A stretch of DNA of 64,000 nucleotides from Actinomycetota bacterium (GTDB lineage Bacteria > Actinomycetota > Acidimicrobiia > IMCC26256 > DASPTH01). Shown here one piece after another: positions 50,012 through 59,955 of the stretch (positions are counted from its first letter, which is position 1; each line of letters starts with the position of its first letter). Under the pieces are notes generated by a model. That model did not search any database, was not told where the DNA came from, and saw only the letters and a list, made by a program, of their open reading frames with translations. The translations under genes were made by a program, and so were the position numbers. The stretch is from assembly GCA_046727575.1 (NCBI GenBank), contig JBKPCV010000054.1, forward strand, positions 21 to 64,020, written 5' to 3'.

Positions 50012-52312
50012 GTGGCTGTAGGCGAACGCCTCGCGCGGGTCGAGGACCCGCGGCTGCTCACCGGGCGCGGGCGCTTCGTCGACGATCTCCAGCGCCCCGG
50101 CCTGCTGCATGCCGCGTTCGTCCGCAGCCATCTCGCGCACGGCCGGATCCGGTCCATCGAGGCCGACGCCGCGCGCGACACAGCCGGGGTCGCGCTCGTA
50201 CTGACCGCCGCCGACCTCGACGGCGTCGTCGGCGCACTGCGACCTTTCGCCCCGCCCGGGCTCGCCGCGCCCGCATACTCCGCCTTGGCCGACGGCAGGG
50301 TGCGGTGCGTCGGCGAGCCGATCGCGATCGTGATCGCAGAGAGCCGCGCGGTCGCCGAGGACGCGTGTGAGCTCGTCGCAGTGGACATCGCCGACCTGAC
50401 TCCCGTGACGACGGTAGCCGAAGCCCTCGACGCGGAACGGCCCGCGTTGTTCGACGAGCTCGGCACGAACGTGCTGTACCGCACTTCGCACGAGTACGGC
50501 GACGTCGACGACGCCTTCTCGCGCGCCGATCGCGTGGTGACGGCACGCTTGACGCAGCAGCGGATGGCGAACGTGCCGATCGAGGGGCGTGCGTGCCTCG
50601 CGGAGTACGACGTCGCGACCGGCGACCTCGTGATCGACATCGCGCACCAGAACCCGCACGCGGTCCGCGAGGCGGTCGCACAGCTCCTCGACGTTCCTCG
50701 CGACCGCGTGACGGTGCGCTGCGGCGACATCGGCGGTTCCTTCGGACAGAAGGCCTACACGAGCCGTGAGGAGCTGGTCCTCTGCGCAGCGGCGCGCATG
50801 CTCGGTCGGCCGGTCAAGTGGATCGAGGATCGATCGGAGAACCTGCTGGCAGCGGGGCACGCGCGCGACGACCATCTCGAGGCCGAGCTCGCGGTCACGA
50901 GCGACGGCGCGATCCTCGGCGCGCGGGTCCGCATGATCGTGAACGCGGGCGCGTACCAGACCACGTCGGTGCCGCCGTCGATCTACCTCGACCTCGTGCG
51001 GGTGCTGTTTCCGAACGCGTATCGCATCGAGAACTTCGCGTTCGAGGGGACGGTCGTCGCGACGAACACCGCGACCTACATCGCGTTCCGAGGACCGTGG
51101 GAGTCGGAGAGCTGGGTCCGCGAACGCATGATCGACCTTGTGGCGCGGGAGCTGGGTCTGGAGCCGGCGTCGGTGCGACAGCGCAACCTCGTCACCCGCG
51201 TCGAGCAGCCGACGCGGATGGTGACCGGGCCGACCATCGATCACATGACTGCGCACGAGACGTTCGAACGCGCGTGCGAGCTCGCCGACATCCCGGCGTT
51301 CCGCCGCGCCCAGGCGGAGGCACGTGCACACGGCCGTCATCTCGGCTTCGGCATGTGCGTGTTCGCGGAGGCGGCGCCCGGGCCCCCCGACTACAGCGAG
51401 GCACTCGGCGCGGGATCGTCGTCGCGGTCCGCGCAGGAAGCGTGGGCGCGCCTCGAGGCGGACGGCACCGTCACCGTGTTCACCAGCCAACAGCCGCACG
51501 GGCAGGGCCACGAGACGACGCTGGCGCAACTCGCGGCCGACGGGCTCGGGCTGCCGGTCGACCAGGCGCGCGTCGTGCATGGCGACACTGCGCACACGCC
51601 GTTCAACGCCATCGGTACCGGTGGCAGCCGTGCGGCGACGCTGGCGAGCGGCGCCGTCGTCGGCGCGGTCGAGACACTGCGCGCGCGGATCGCGGAGGAG
51701 TTCGCGGGCAGGCACGAGCTCGACGCCCGCGACGTCGAGGTGAGCGGTGGCCGCGTGTACGCGCGCGGCGTGCCGTCGTCGGCCTGGAGCCTTGCGCGGG
51801 TGGCGGCCGAGGCCGACGGCGCGCTGGAGGCGACTCACGACTATGCGATCCCCGACGGCGGCTGGACCCAGGCGACCCACTGCTGCTGGGTCGAGGTCGA
51901 GGCCGCGACCGGCATCGTCACCATCACCCGGTACGTGGTGGTCGAGGACTGCGGCCGCATGATCAACCCTACGATCGTCGATGGCCAGATCAGCGGCGGT
52001 GTCGCGCAGGGGCTCGCGACCGTGCTGCTCGAGAGCGTCGTGTACGACGAATCGGGCCAGCTCCGCACCAGCACACTGCTCGACTATCTCCTTCCGACCG
52101 CTGCCGAGATCCCGGACATCGAGATCGAGCACCTCGCCTCTCCCCCGCAGGGCCCGATCGATTTCCGCGGCGTCGGCGAGAGCGGCGCGATCGGAGCGCC
52201 CGCGGCACTCACCAACGCGATCGCGGACGCGCTCGCGCCGTTCGGCGTGACGGTGACGCACAAGCATCTCCCGCCCGACCGCATTCTCGCGTTGATCCGC
52301 GGAGACGCGTGA
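50012..52312 (+). CDS. xanthine dehydrogenase family molybdopterin-binding subunit (CoxL-like)
   Basis: ERLARVEDPRLLTGRGRFVDD, GGSFGQK, 766 aa. It lacks the CODH AYRCSFR/AYRGAGR loop as far as I can see. Confidence 0.88.
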   Translation: MAVGERLARVEDPRLLTGRGRFVDDLQRPGLLHAAFVRSHLAHGRIRSIEADAARDTAGVALVLTAADLDGVVGALRPFAPPGLAAPAYSALADGRVRCVGEPIAIVIAESRAVAEDACELVAVDIADLTPVTTVAEALDAERPALFDELGTNVLYRTSHEYGDVDDAFSRADRVVTARLTQQRMANVPIEGRACLAEYDVATGDLVIDIAHQNPHAVREAVAQLLDVPRDRVTVRCGDIGGSFGQKAYTSREELVLCAAARMLGRPVKWIEDRSENLLAAGHARDDHLEAELAVTSDGAILGARVRMIVNAGAYQTTSVPPSIYLDLVRVLFPNAYRIENFAFEGTVVATNTATYIAFRGPWESESWVRERMIDLVARELGLEPASVRQRNLVTRVEQPTRMVTGPTIDHMTAHETFERACELADIPAFRRAQAEARAHGRHLGFGMCVFAEAAPGPPDYSEALGAGSSSRSAQEAWARLEADGTVTVFTSQQPHGQGHETTLAQLAADGLGLPVDQARVVHGDTAHTPFNAIGTGGSRAATLASGAVVGAVETLRARIAEEFAGRHELDARDVEVSGGRVYARGVPSSAWSLARVAAEADGALEATHDYAIPDGGWTQATHCCWVEVEAATGIVTITRYVVVEDCGRMINPTIVDGQISGGVAQGLATVLLESVVYDESGQLRTSTLLDYLLPTAAEIPDIEIEHLASPPQGPIDFRGVGESGAIGAPAALTNAIADALAPFGVTVTHKHLPPDRILALIRGDA

Positions 52313-54249
52313 TGCCCGACGATGCCGCCCCGCTCTGGACGCCCACGCCCGAGCGTGCCGACGCCACCCGGCTCGCGGCCTTCCGTCGCCGTGCGGGCTT
52401 GGCCGACTACGAAGCGCTGCACGAGTGGTCGGTTGACGCGGGCGCGGAGTTCTGGCCACTCGTATGGACCGACTGCGGCATCCTCGGCGACCCCGGTGCA
52501 CGAGTGATCGAGCACGGCGACCACTTCTGGGAGACGCGCTTCTTCCCGGACGCGCACCTCTCGGTCGCGGAGAACTTACTGGCGACGCGTTCCGGTGTGG
52601 ATCCCGACGACGACGCGATCGTCGCGCTCGACGAAGAGGGCACCCGGACCGTCCGCTCGTGGGCATCGTTGACCTCCGAAGTGGGTGCGGCGGCGGCCGC
52701 GCTGCGCACGCACGGCGTTCGTCCTGGCGACCGCGTCGTCGCATGGTTGCCCAACGCGACCGAGGCGGTCGTGGTGATGCTCGCGGCGGCTTCGATCGGT
52801 GCCGTCTTCTCGTCGACGTCGCCCGACTTCGGGACCCGCGGTGTGCTCGACCGGTTCGGCCAGATCGAACCCGTCGTGCTCGTCGCCGCCGACAGCTACG
52901 CCTACGGCGGCAGACGCTTCGATTGTCTCGAGCGCCTCGCCGAGATCGGCGCGGGGCTGCCGACGCTCCGGGCGACGGTCGTGGTGGGTGACGCGCCCCA
53001 GGGCACCATCCCCTGGGACGACTTCCTCGCACCGCATCGCGGCACGCCGGTGCCACGCGAGCGGTTCGCGTTCGACCACCCGTGGTACGTGCTGTATTCC
53101 TCGGGCACCACCGGAGTTCCGAAGTGCATCGTGCACCGCGCCGGGGGCGTGCTGCTCCAGCACGTGAAGGAGCACCAGCTCCATTGCGACGTCCGACCCG
53201 GCGACCGGATCCTCTACTTCACGACCACCGGTTGGATGATGTGGAACTGGCTGATCAGCACGCTCGCGTCCGGCGCGACCGCGGTGCTCTACGACGGCTC
53301 ACCGTTCTACCCCGGACCGGAGGCGCTGTTCGACGTGGCCGAGGCAGACCGGATCACGCTCCTCGGCGTGTCCGCCAAGTTCATCGACACGGTCGGCAAG
53401 GCGGGCGTCGAGCCGCGACGGACACACGACCTCGAGCCGCTGCGCACGATCTGCTCCACGGGCTCGGCCCTCTCGCCCGAGGGGTTCCGCGTCGTGTACG
53501 AGCGTGTGAAGCGCGACGTGCACCTCGCGTCGATCTCCGGCGGTACCGACCTGTGCGGCTGCCTGGTCGGTGGCGATCCCACGGGGCCGGTCTACGCCGG
53601 CGAGCTCCAGCGGCCGGCACTCGGCCTGGCCACCGACGTCGCCGACGCCGAAGGCGGAAGCCTTCGCGACTCTCCTGGTGTCGCCGGCGAGCTGGTGTGC
53701 CGTGCACCGTTCCCGTCGATGCCGCTCGGTTTCTGGAACGACACGGACGGTTCCCGCTACCACGCGGCGTACTTCGACCGCTTCCCCGAGACGTGGTGGC
53801 ACGGAGACTTCGCGTCGTGGACCGTGCACAGCGGCATGGTCATCCTCGGACGCAGCGACGCCACGCTGAACCCGGGGGGTGTGCGCATCGGAACCGCCGA
53901 GGTCTACCGCGTCGTGGAGGCGATGCCGACGGTGCTCGAGGCGCTGGCCTTCGGTCAGGACCGGGACGGCGACGTGCGCGTCGTGCTGCTCGTGCAGCTG
54001 GCGCCTGGTGCGCAGTTGACCGACGAGCTGCAGGCCGAGATCCGCGCCCGCATCCGGACGGAGTGCTCACCGCGTCACGTTCCGGCCGTGATCGCTGCGG
54101 TCGACGACCTGCCGAGGACCCGGAGCAACAAGCTCGTGGAACTGGCGGTGGCCGACGCGGTCCACGGGCGACCGGTGCGGAACCGCGAAGCGCTCGCCAA
54201 TCCCGAGGCGATCGACGCGATCGTCCGCTTGCCCGAGCTGGCGCAGTAG
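52312..54249 (+). CDS. acetoacetate--CoA ligase (acetoacetyl-CoA synthetase)
   Basis: LWTPTPERADATRLAAFRR.., YSSGTTGVPKCIVH, PRTRSNKLVE. The ATG shares one nt with the upstream stop. Confidence 0.92.
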   Translation: MPDDAAPLWTPTPERADATRLAAFRRRAGLADYEALHEWSVDAGAEFWPLVWTDCGILGDPGARVIEHGDHFWETRFFPDAHLSVAENLLATRSGVDPDDDAIVALDEEGTRTVRSWASLTSEVGAAAAALRTHGVRPGDRVVAWLPNATEAVVVMLAAASIGAVFSSTSPDFGTRGVLDRFGQIEPVVLVAADSYAYGGRRFDCLERLAEIGAGLPTLRATVVVGDAPQGTIPWDDFLAPHRGTPVPRERFAFDHPWYVLYSSGTTGVPKCIVHRAGGVLLQHVKEHQLHCDVRPGDRILYFTTTGWMMWNWLISTLASGATAVLYDGSPFYPGPEALFDVAEADRITLLGVSAKFIDTVGKAGVEPRRTHDLEPLRTICSTGSALSPEGFRVVYERVKRDVHLASISGGTDLCGCLVGGDPTGPVYAGELQRPALGLATDVADAEGGSLRDSPGVAGELVCRAPFPSMPLGFWNDTDGSRYHAAYFDRFPETWWHGDFASWTVHSGMVILGRSDATLNPGGVRIGTAEVYRVVEAMPTVLEALAFGQDRDGDVRVVLLVQLAPGAQLTDELQAEIRARIRTECSPRHVPAVIAAVDDLPRTRSNKLVELAVADAVHGRPVRNREALANPEAIDAIVRLPELAQ

Positions 54250-54274
54250 GCAGCCGAACTCCGCGAGCGCTCGA

Positions 54275-55414
54275 TCAGACGTAGCCCCCGAGGCGTTGCG
54301 GCGACGTGGCATCGCGGAGCAAGCCGTTGCAGCCGTCGCGCCGCTCGTAGAGCTCGGCCAGCGTCGGCTGGTCCTTGACCGAGTCGTCGGCGAGCCACGC
54401 GCGCGCCTCCGCGGTGCTGAAGCGTTCGAACTCGATGAGGCACAGGCAACGTCCCGGGCGCACGACCGCGGGGTGCAGACGCGTGATTTCCTCGTTCGTC
54501 GTGAGCAGCACCAGTGTGTTGAGACCCTGTCCCAGCATGCCGTCGGCGACGTTCAGCAGCCGACCGAGTGACGCGCCGGCGCGCCGGCGCGCGTCGCTCC
54601 GCACGTACTCGTCCGCGTCTTCGGCGATGACGAGCTTCCAGCGATCGCTCGGGACCATCACGCCGGGACCGCCCGGCCGCAGCTCGCGACGATCCGACGC
54701 GAGCAGGACGTCGAGCATGTAGTTCGCTTCGTTGAAGAACCGCTCGGGATCCGTCACGTACTGCGGGTCGCACCAGGCGCGCCACTCGCGGATCAGCGAT
54801 CGGATCGCGGTCGTCTTGCCCGTACCGGGTTCGCCGTGCCACAGCAGGAGCTTGCCGCCGCCGGAGGGAGCCTCGACCTTCATCAGCTCGTCGAGACGCG
54901 ACCGGACGCCGCCCGTGTAGTTCGCGCGGATGTCGGGCCAGCCGGGCGCGTCGAGCGCGCGGGTGGTCTCGTGCGCGCCGTGGTCACCCCACCGCCAGAA
55001 CGCGACCTGCACCGCGTCGGTCAGGTCGGGCTCAGGGCTCCGATCGTGCACGATCGCTCGCGCGGCTTCGACGAGCTCGCGCGTCGGTGCGGTGATCGTG
55101 ACGCGCGCGCCACCCGCGTACGCCTCGACGAACAGCGTCACGTCGCGCCAGCGCGCCGCCGCGCTCGTCGACCAGTTGGTTTCGACCCACCGGTCGATCT
55201 CCGCCCCCTCTGGCAGGATGTCGAGCGGTGCGACCTCCGCGTCGACGCGGAGCTTCGCCATCCACGGCTCGTCGCCGCGCACGAACGGCGAGAGGGCGAG
55301 CATTGCGACGATCTCCGACTCGCGCGCTGCACGATCGATCAGGAATCGCTCGTGCAGCGCGCGCTCGCTCAGCGACTCCGCGAGGATCGGCTCCAGCACG
55401 TTCGAGTCGTTCAT
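54275..55414 (-). CDS. AAA+ family ATPase with an uncharacterised ~190-aa N-terminal domain
   Basis: Walker A GEPGTGKT, Walker B VIAEDADE, RPGR. The N-domain has no motif I recognise. Confidence 0.8.
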   Translation of the reverse strand: MNDSNVLEPILAESLSERALHERFLIDRAARESEIVAMLALSPFVRGDEPWMAKLRVDAEVAPLDILPEGAEIDRWVETNWSTSAAARWRDVTLFVEAYAGGARVTITAPTRELVEAARAIVHDRSPEPDLTDAVQVAFWRWGDHGAHETTRALDAPGWPDIRANYTGGVRSRLDELMKVEAPSGGGKLLLWHGEPGTGKTTAIRSLIREWRAWCDPQYVTDPERFFNEANYMLDVLLASDRRELRPGGPGVMVPSDRWKLVIAEDADEYVRSDARRRAGASLGRLLNVADGMLGQGLNTLVLLTTNEEITRLHPAVVRPGRCLCLIEFERFSTAEARAWLADDSVKDQPTLAELYERRDGCNGLLRDATSPQRLGGYV

Positions 55415-55491
55415 GGGACCCACCTCTGCTCCGTCCCCTCGAGTGCAGATCGACGCGAGGCTACGCGCGTCGCATCTTCGGTGCGCGGACC

Positions 55492-56339
55492 TCACGGGCG
55501 GAGCAACGATTCGAGGTCGAACGTCGCAGGCTCCTCACCGTGCATCCATGCGAGACGTTGCTCCGTCGTCAGACGCGCGGCACGCGGATGGGGAAGGACG
55601 AAGAAACGCCCGTCACGCACGGCGTCGAACACCGCGTCGGCCGCGACGGCCGCTGGTATTCGAGGGCGGCGATCGCTCGCTGCGCGTCGTCAGCAGCAGC
55701 GCCGGCACCGGTCGTGATCGTGACGCGTACGTGGTCGGGCATGTTGCGTTCCGACTCGAAGATGCGCGTCCGCACGAACCCCGGGCACAGCACGGACACG
55801 CCGACGTGCGAGCCGCGGCCGACGAGGTCGTGATGGAGCGATTCGCTCAGCCCGACGACCGCGAACTTGCTCGTGCAGTACACGCCGAGACCGGCCGCGC
55901 CGCCCAGACCGGCCATGGAGGCGGTGTTCACGACGTGCCCCTCGTCCTGCTCCAGCAGGATCGGCAGAAAGACGGTGCACCCGTGGATGACGCCCCACAG
56001 GTTCACACCGAGCACCCACTGCCACACTTCGATCGGCGAGTCGATCACCGAACCCCCCGCCACGCCGGCGTTGTTGCAGACGACGTGTACGGCGCCGAAC
56101 TGGCTGAGCGTCGTGTCGGCCAGCGCGCGAACGTCGTCGAGCTGCGACACGTCTGCGCGGACGCCGATCACCTCCGCTCCCGCGGCGGCGAGCTCCTCGA
56201 CGGTGCGGGCCAACGCCGGCTCCTCCACGTCGGCGAGCGCGAGCCGCATCCCCTCGGCCGCGAACCGACCCGCGATCGCGCGCCCGATGCCGCTCGCGCC
56301 ACCGGTGATCACCGCGACCTTGCGCCGGAGCGAACGCAT
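55492..56339 (-). pseudogene. SDR family oxidoreductase with an apparent 1-nt frameshift near 55650
   Basis: N-terminus VAVITGGASGIGRA.., YCTSK. The annotated frame ends in atypical PSRPTRCSTPCVTGVSSSFPIRVPRV. The adjacent frame reads AVAADAVFDAVRDGRFFVLPHPRAARLTTEQRLAWMHGEEPATFDLESLLRP, stop at 55492. Confidence 0.7.
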
Positions 56340-56379
56340 CGCCGAAGACTACGGGCGCGGCAGCTGAGCAGCGGACCCG

Positions 56380-57000
56380 TCAGTTGCAGGCTGCTTCGTC
56401 GACGACGATGTAGTTGGTCGCGCCGCGAGAGCTGCTACCGATGAGCTCGATGGAGTGGAGGTCGGACTCGTTCTGGATGATCCGTGCGTCGACGAGTCCC
56501 TCTTCGTCCGTGTAGTGCCCATGGTCACGGAAGTAGAGCCGTTCGGCGGCTCTGAGCACCGCGCGGTCGTTCCGGCACTCCTCGGGTGTCGCGCTGTCGA
56601 TGACACCGGCTGCTGCAAGCACGATGACGAGCGCGAGCGTCGCCACGCCGACGTAGCCGAGCACGAGCCCGGCAATCGCCAGACCCCGCCCAGCGATCGT
56701 GCCCATCGACCGCTTGATCTGGCTCAACGCGACATGCCCGAAGATCACCGCGAGAATCGAGCCGACCCAGAAGATCCAGATGATCCCGAGCACCAGCGAC
56801 GCGATCGCCAGGCCGTTCGTGCGCACCGGGGTCGTCGGCGTGTACTGCGGAAAGGGCCCGGACCCGTAGGGCGGCGCCGGGGGCGTGATCGGCGGAGGCG
56901 CCGATGGAGGAGGTGAGTGCGGCGCACCCGCGGAAGGAGACGGCGCGGCCCAGCCCCCGCGAGGCTCGTCACTGCCGGGCGGACGTCCGCCGTTGGTCAT
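56380..57000 (-). CDS. DUF4190-like membrane protein: Pro-rich N-terminus and Cys-bracketed C-terminal domain
   Basis: GLAIASLVLGIIWIFWVGSILAVIFGHVALSQIK, then a second TM helix, then ~70 aa from ECRND to AACN. Confidence 0.7.
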   Translation of the reverse strand: MTNGGRPPGSDEPRGGWAAPSPSAGAPHSPPPSAPPPITPPAPPYGSGPFPQYTPTTPVRTNGLAIASLVLGIIWIFWVGSILAVIFGHVALSQIKRSMGTIAGRGLAIAGLVLGYVGVATLALVIVLAAAGVIDSATPEECRNDRAVLRAAERLYFRDHGHYTDEEGLVDARIIQNESDLHSIELIGSSSRGATNYIVVDEAACN

Positions 57001-57060
57001 CGCACCACTCTTCCACGGAGCGGACGCCGATGTGCGCGTTCGCGAGCCGCAGCCGCCGCG

Positions 57061-57561
57061 TCAACCGAGGAGCACCTCGATGAGGTCACCCTGCAGTTGG
57101 GTGACCCAGTAGTAGATCGCGAACGCGCGCGCATCCGGATGCTCGGCGTCGATCACCTGCTCCTCCTCGGTGACTCCGAGACGGGTCCCGAGCACGAGGC
57201 GGGTGTCGTTCAGCACACCGAGCCACGCCTGCACGTCGTCGGGTGTGAGAGCGACCTCGCGCCATTCCTTGTTGTGGGTCGCGCGCGCCAGCGAGCTCGT
57301 GACCATCTCCAACGCGTCGAGGCGTTGACGGAGCAGATCGGGATGCACCATCGCTTCCCACTCCTGCTCGGCTTCCTCCTCGTGCGGATCGAGGTAGGCG
57401 GGTGGGAACAGTCGACGCGCGCCAGGGTCGTCCAGGGGTGCCTCGAACGCTCCGCGTAGCTCGTGGGGAAGATCCTGCAGGAGCGCGAGCTCCTCGGGCG
57501 CGAGCGAGACGATGAGACTGTCGTCCGGACCCGAGCGAAACCGGCGCCAGCGTGGGCTCAC
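57061..57561 (-). CDS. DUF2017-like protein (conserved ClpS neighbour)
   Basis: The GTG start forms a GTGA overlap with the clpS stop. [30 protein letters not shown]. Confidence 0.7.
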   Translation of the reverse strand: MSPRWRRFRSGPDDSLIVSLAPEELALLQDLPHELRGAFEAPLDDPGARRLFPPAYLDPHEEEAEQEWEAMVHPDLLRQRLDALEMVTSSLARATHNKEWREVALTPDDVQAWLGVLNDTRLVLGTRLGVTEEEQVIDAEHPDARAFAIYYWVTQLQGDLIEVLLG

Positions 57562-57848
57562 GCGTCGTGTTCCATCGTCGCCCAGAGGCCGTGCGCGTGC
57601 AGCCGGGCGACGTCGGCCTCGCACTTCTCGCGGCTGCCGTCGGCGACGACGGCTCGACCCTCCTCGTGCACCTGCCGCATCAACTTCGTGGCTTTGGCCC
57701 GCGAGTAGCCGAAGAGCTTCTGGAACACGTACACCACGTACGTCATCAGGTTCACGGGATCGTTCCACACGATGACCATCCACGGACGATCGCTCGTGGT
57801 CTCCTCGCCGATCTCCGGCTCGCGGATCTCGACCGGTGCAGTGGTCAC
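57558..57848 (-). CDS. clpS: ATP-dependent Clp protease adaptor ClpS
   Basis: [49 protein letters not shown] start with a GTGA overlap on the nusB stop. Confidence 0.9.
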   Translation of the reverse strand: MTTAPVEIREPEIGEETTSDRPWMVIVWNDPVNLMTYVVYVFQKLFGYSRAKATKLMRQVHEEGRAVVADGSREKCEADVARLHAHGLWATMEHDA

Positions 57849-58273
57849 GGCCGTTCGTCCCGCGCCGCAGGGGGACGGAGCTCTTCGGCAATCCGGCTCA
57901 GCAAGCCGTTGACGAAGCGGCCCGAGTCCTTCGTCGAGTACTGCTTGGCCAGCTCCACGGCTTCGCTGATCACCACGGCCGTCGGCATCTCGGGTTCCCA
58001 CCCCAACTCGTAGGCACCGAGGCGGAGGACAGCGCGGTCGACGGCGGGCATCCGCTCCAGTGCCCAGTGCTCCGAGAACTTGCGCAGCAATGTGTCGACC
58101 TCGTCGTGGTGCTCCTGCACCCCGTGGAGGAGGTGCGCGGCGTACTCGTCGGGTGGTGCCGGCTGCTGCTCGAGGAGCTCGTCCGCGGTGAGGTCACGCA
58201 CTTCGAGCTCGTAACAGAGGCTGAGCGCCCGCTCGCGTGCCTCACGACGGCTCCCGGTGGCGGCCATCAGCAC
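57845..58273 (-). CDS. nusB: transcription antitermination factor NusB
   Basis: [39 protein letters not shown]-like..FVNGLL. Confidence 0.92.
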   Translation of the reverse strand: MLMAATGSRREARERALSLCYELEVRDLTADELLEQQPAPPDEYAAHLLHGVQEHHDEVDTLLRKFSEHWALERMPAVDRAVLRLGAYELGWEPEMPTAVVISEAVELAKQYSTKDSGRFVNGLLSRIAEELRPPAARDERP

Positions 58274-58282
58274 ACTGCGCGC

Positions 58283-58846
58283 TCAAGCCCGCGCCAGGTA
58301 GTCCCCGGTGCGGGTGTCGACCTTCACGCGCTCGCCGGGCTCCACGAACAGCGGAACCTGCACGACGAGACCGGTTTCGAGCGTCGCCGGCTTGCGCGCG
58401 CCCGACACACGGTCGCCCTGCACACCGGGTTCGGTCTCGGTGACCGCGAGCTCGACCGCCGCCGGCAGCTCGACGCCCACGACGCGACCCGAGTACATCA
58501 TCAGGACGACCGTATCGCCTTCCTTCATGTACTGCGCGGAGCCGCCGAGATCGGTGATCTCGACGTGGAGCTGGTCGTAGGTCTCGGTATCCATGAACAC
58601 CAACGCGTTGCTCTCGCGGTAGAGGTACTGCATCTCGCGCTTGTCGATGACCGCGAGCGGCACCTTCTCGTCGGCGCGGAACGTACGGTCGACGACGGCG
58701 CCGCCGGCGACCTTCTTGAGCTTCGTGCGCACGAACGCGCCGCCCTTGCCCGGCTTCACGTGCTGGAACTCGACCACCGTGACGAGACCCTCCTGCGGCA
58801 GGTGGAGCGCCATGCCGTTCTTCAGATCGTTGGTGGAGACGCTCAC
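58283..58846 (-). CDS. efp: elongation factor P
   Basis: STNDLKNGMAL..VEFQHVKPGKGGAFVRTKLK. Confidence 0.97.
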   Translation of the reverse strand: MSVSTNDLKNGMALHLPQEGLVTVVEFQHVKPGKGGAFVRTKLKKVAGGAVVDRTFRADEKVPLAVIDKREMQYLYRESNALVFMDTETYDQLHVEITDLGGSAQYMKEGDTVVLMMYSGRVVGVELPAAVELAVTETEPGVQGDRVSGARKPATLETGLVVQVPLFVEPGERVKVDTRTGDYLARA

Positions 58847-59955
58847 AAGACGAGTTCCTTCGGGAATGCGGTGAGGGGATACGACCCGTCAGGGGTGACG
58901 ACGACCGTGTCCTCGATGCGCACTCCGCCCACCCCGGGGAGGTACACGCCGGGCTCGACCGTGACGACCGATCCGGGTTCCAACGTATCACGGGCACTCG
59001 CCGCGACCCGCGGCGCCTCGTGGATCTCGAGACCGACGCCGTGGCCGGTGCCGTGCACGAATGCGTCGGCCCACCCTGCGGCCGCGATGACGTCGCGGCA
59101 CGCGCGATCGACGGCCGCGCACTCGGCACCGGCGCGGACCGCGTCCCGCCCCGCCGACTGGCTCTCGCGCACGACATCCCAGAGTTGACGCGCGTCCGCT
59201 CCGGGATCGCCGGCGCTCACCGTACGGGTCATGTCGGAGCAATAGCCGTCGACGACGCAGCCGAAGTCGATGACGACGAGCTCGCCGCGTCCAATCTGCC
59301 GCGAGCTGGGACGGGCGTGTGGCAACGCCCCGTTGGGACCAGACGCGACGATCGGGTCGAAGCTGTTGCCGCTCGCGCCGCGCGTCCGCATCTCGATCTC
59401 CAGCTCGAGTGCGAAGTCGCGCTCCGGAAGTTCGTCGAACAGACGCGGCAGCATGGACGCGAGCGCATCGTCGGCGATCGCGCACGCGGCGCGGATGCGC
59501 GCCACCTCGCCCGGTTCCTTGACGCGACGCAGCCGCTCGACGAGTCCCTCGGTCGGCACGAGGTCGTGGCCCTCGAATGTCTCCGCGAGCGCGCGCTGCT
59601 GCGACCAGGTGACCGCGTGTGCCTCGAGCCCGACGCGGACCCCCGGATCGAGTGCACGCGCCAACGCGCTGCGCTGCTCGGCGACGGTCGCGCCGATCTC
59701 GATCGCGGCGTCTACGCCCGCCGCCACGAGCTGCTCCGTGGCCTGGGTGCGGTACCGCCCGTCGCTGGTGAAGACGACCGCGTCGCCGGTGACCAGCAGC
59801 ATGGCCGCACTGCCGGAGAACCCGGCGAGGTAGCGGACGTTGGGAAGGAACGTGACCAGCAGCGCGTCGACTCCCGCGTGCTCGAACTGTTCACGCAACC
59901 GGCCGGTTCGGCCGCGGATGTCCATCGTGGGTAACGAGTCGGTCGTCGACGTCAC
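58843..59955 (-). CDS. Xaa-Pro aminopeptidase/dipeptidase, M24B family
   Basis: DFGCVVDGYCSDMTRT, HGTGHGVGLEIHE, VEPGVY. GTG 59955 forms a GTGA overlap with the aroQ stop (ATG 59925 is the alternative). Confidence 0.88.
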   Translation of the reverse strand: MTSTTDSLPTMDIRGRTGRLREQFEHAGVDALLVTFLPNVRYLAGFSGSAAMLLVTGDAVVFTSDGRYRTQATEQLVAAGVDAAIEIGATVAEQRSALARALDPGVRVGLEAHAVTWSQQRALAETFEGHDLVPTEGLVERLRRVKEPGEVARIRAACAIADDALASMLPRLFDELPERDFALELEIEMRTRGASGNSFDPIVASGPNGALPHARPSSRQIGRGELVVIDFGCVVDGYCSDMTRTVSAGDPGADARQLWDVVRESQSAGRDAVRAGAECAAVDRACRDVIAAAGWADAFVHGTGHGVGLEIHEAPRVAASARDTLEPGSVVTVEPGVYLPGVGGVRIEDTVVVTPDGSYPLTAFPKELVL

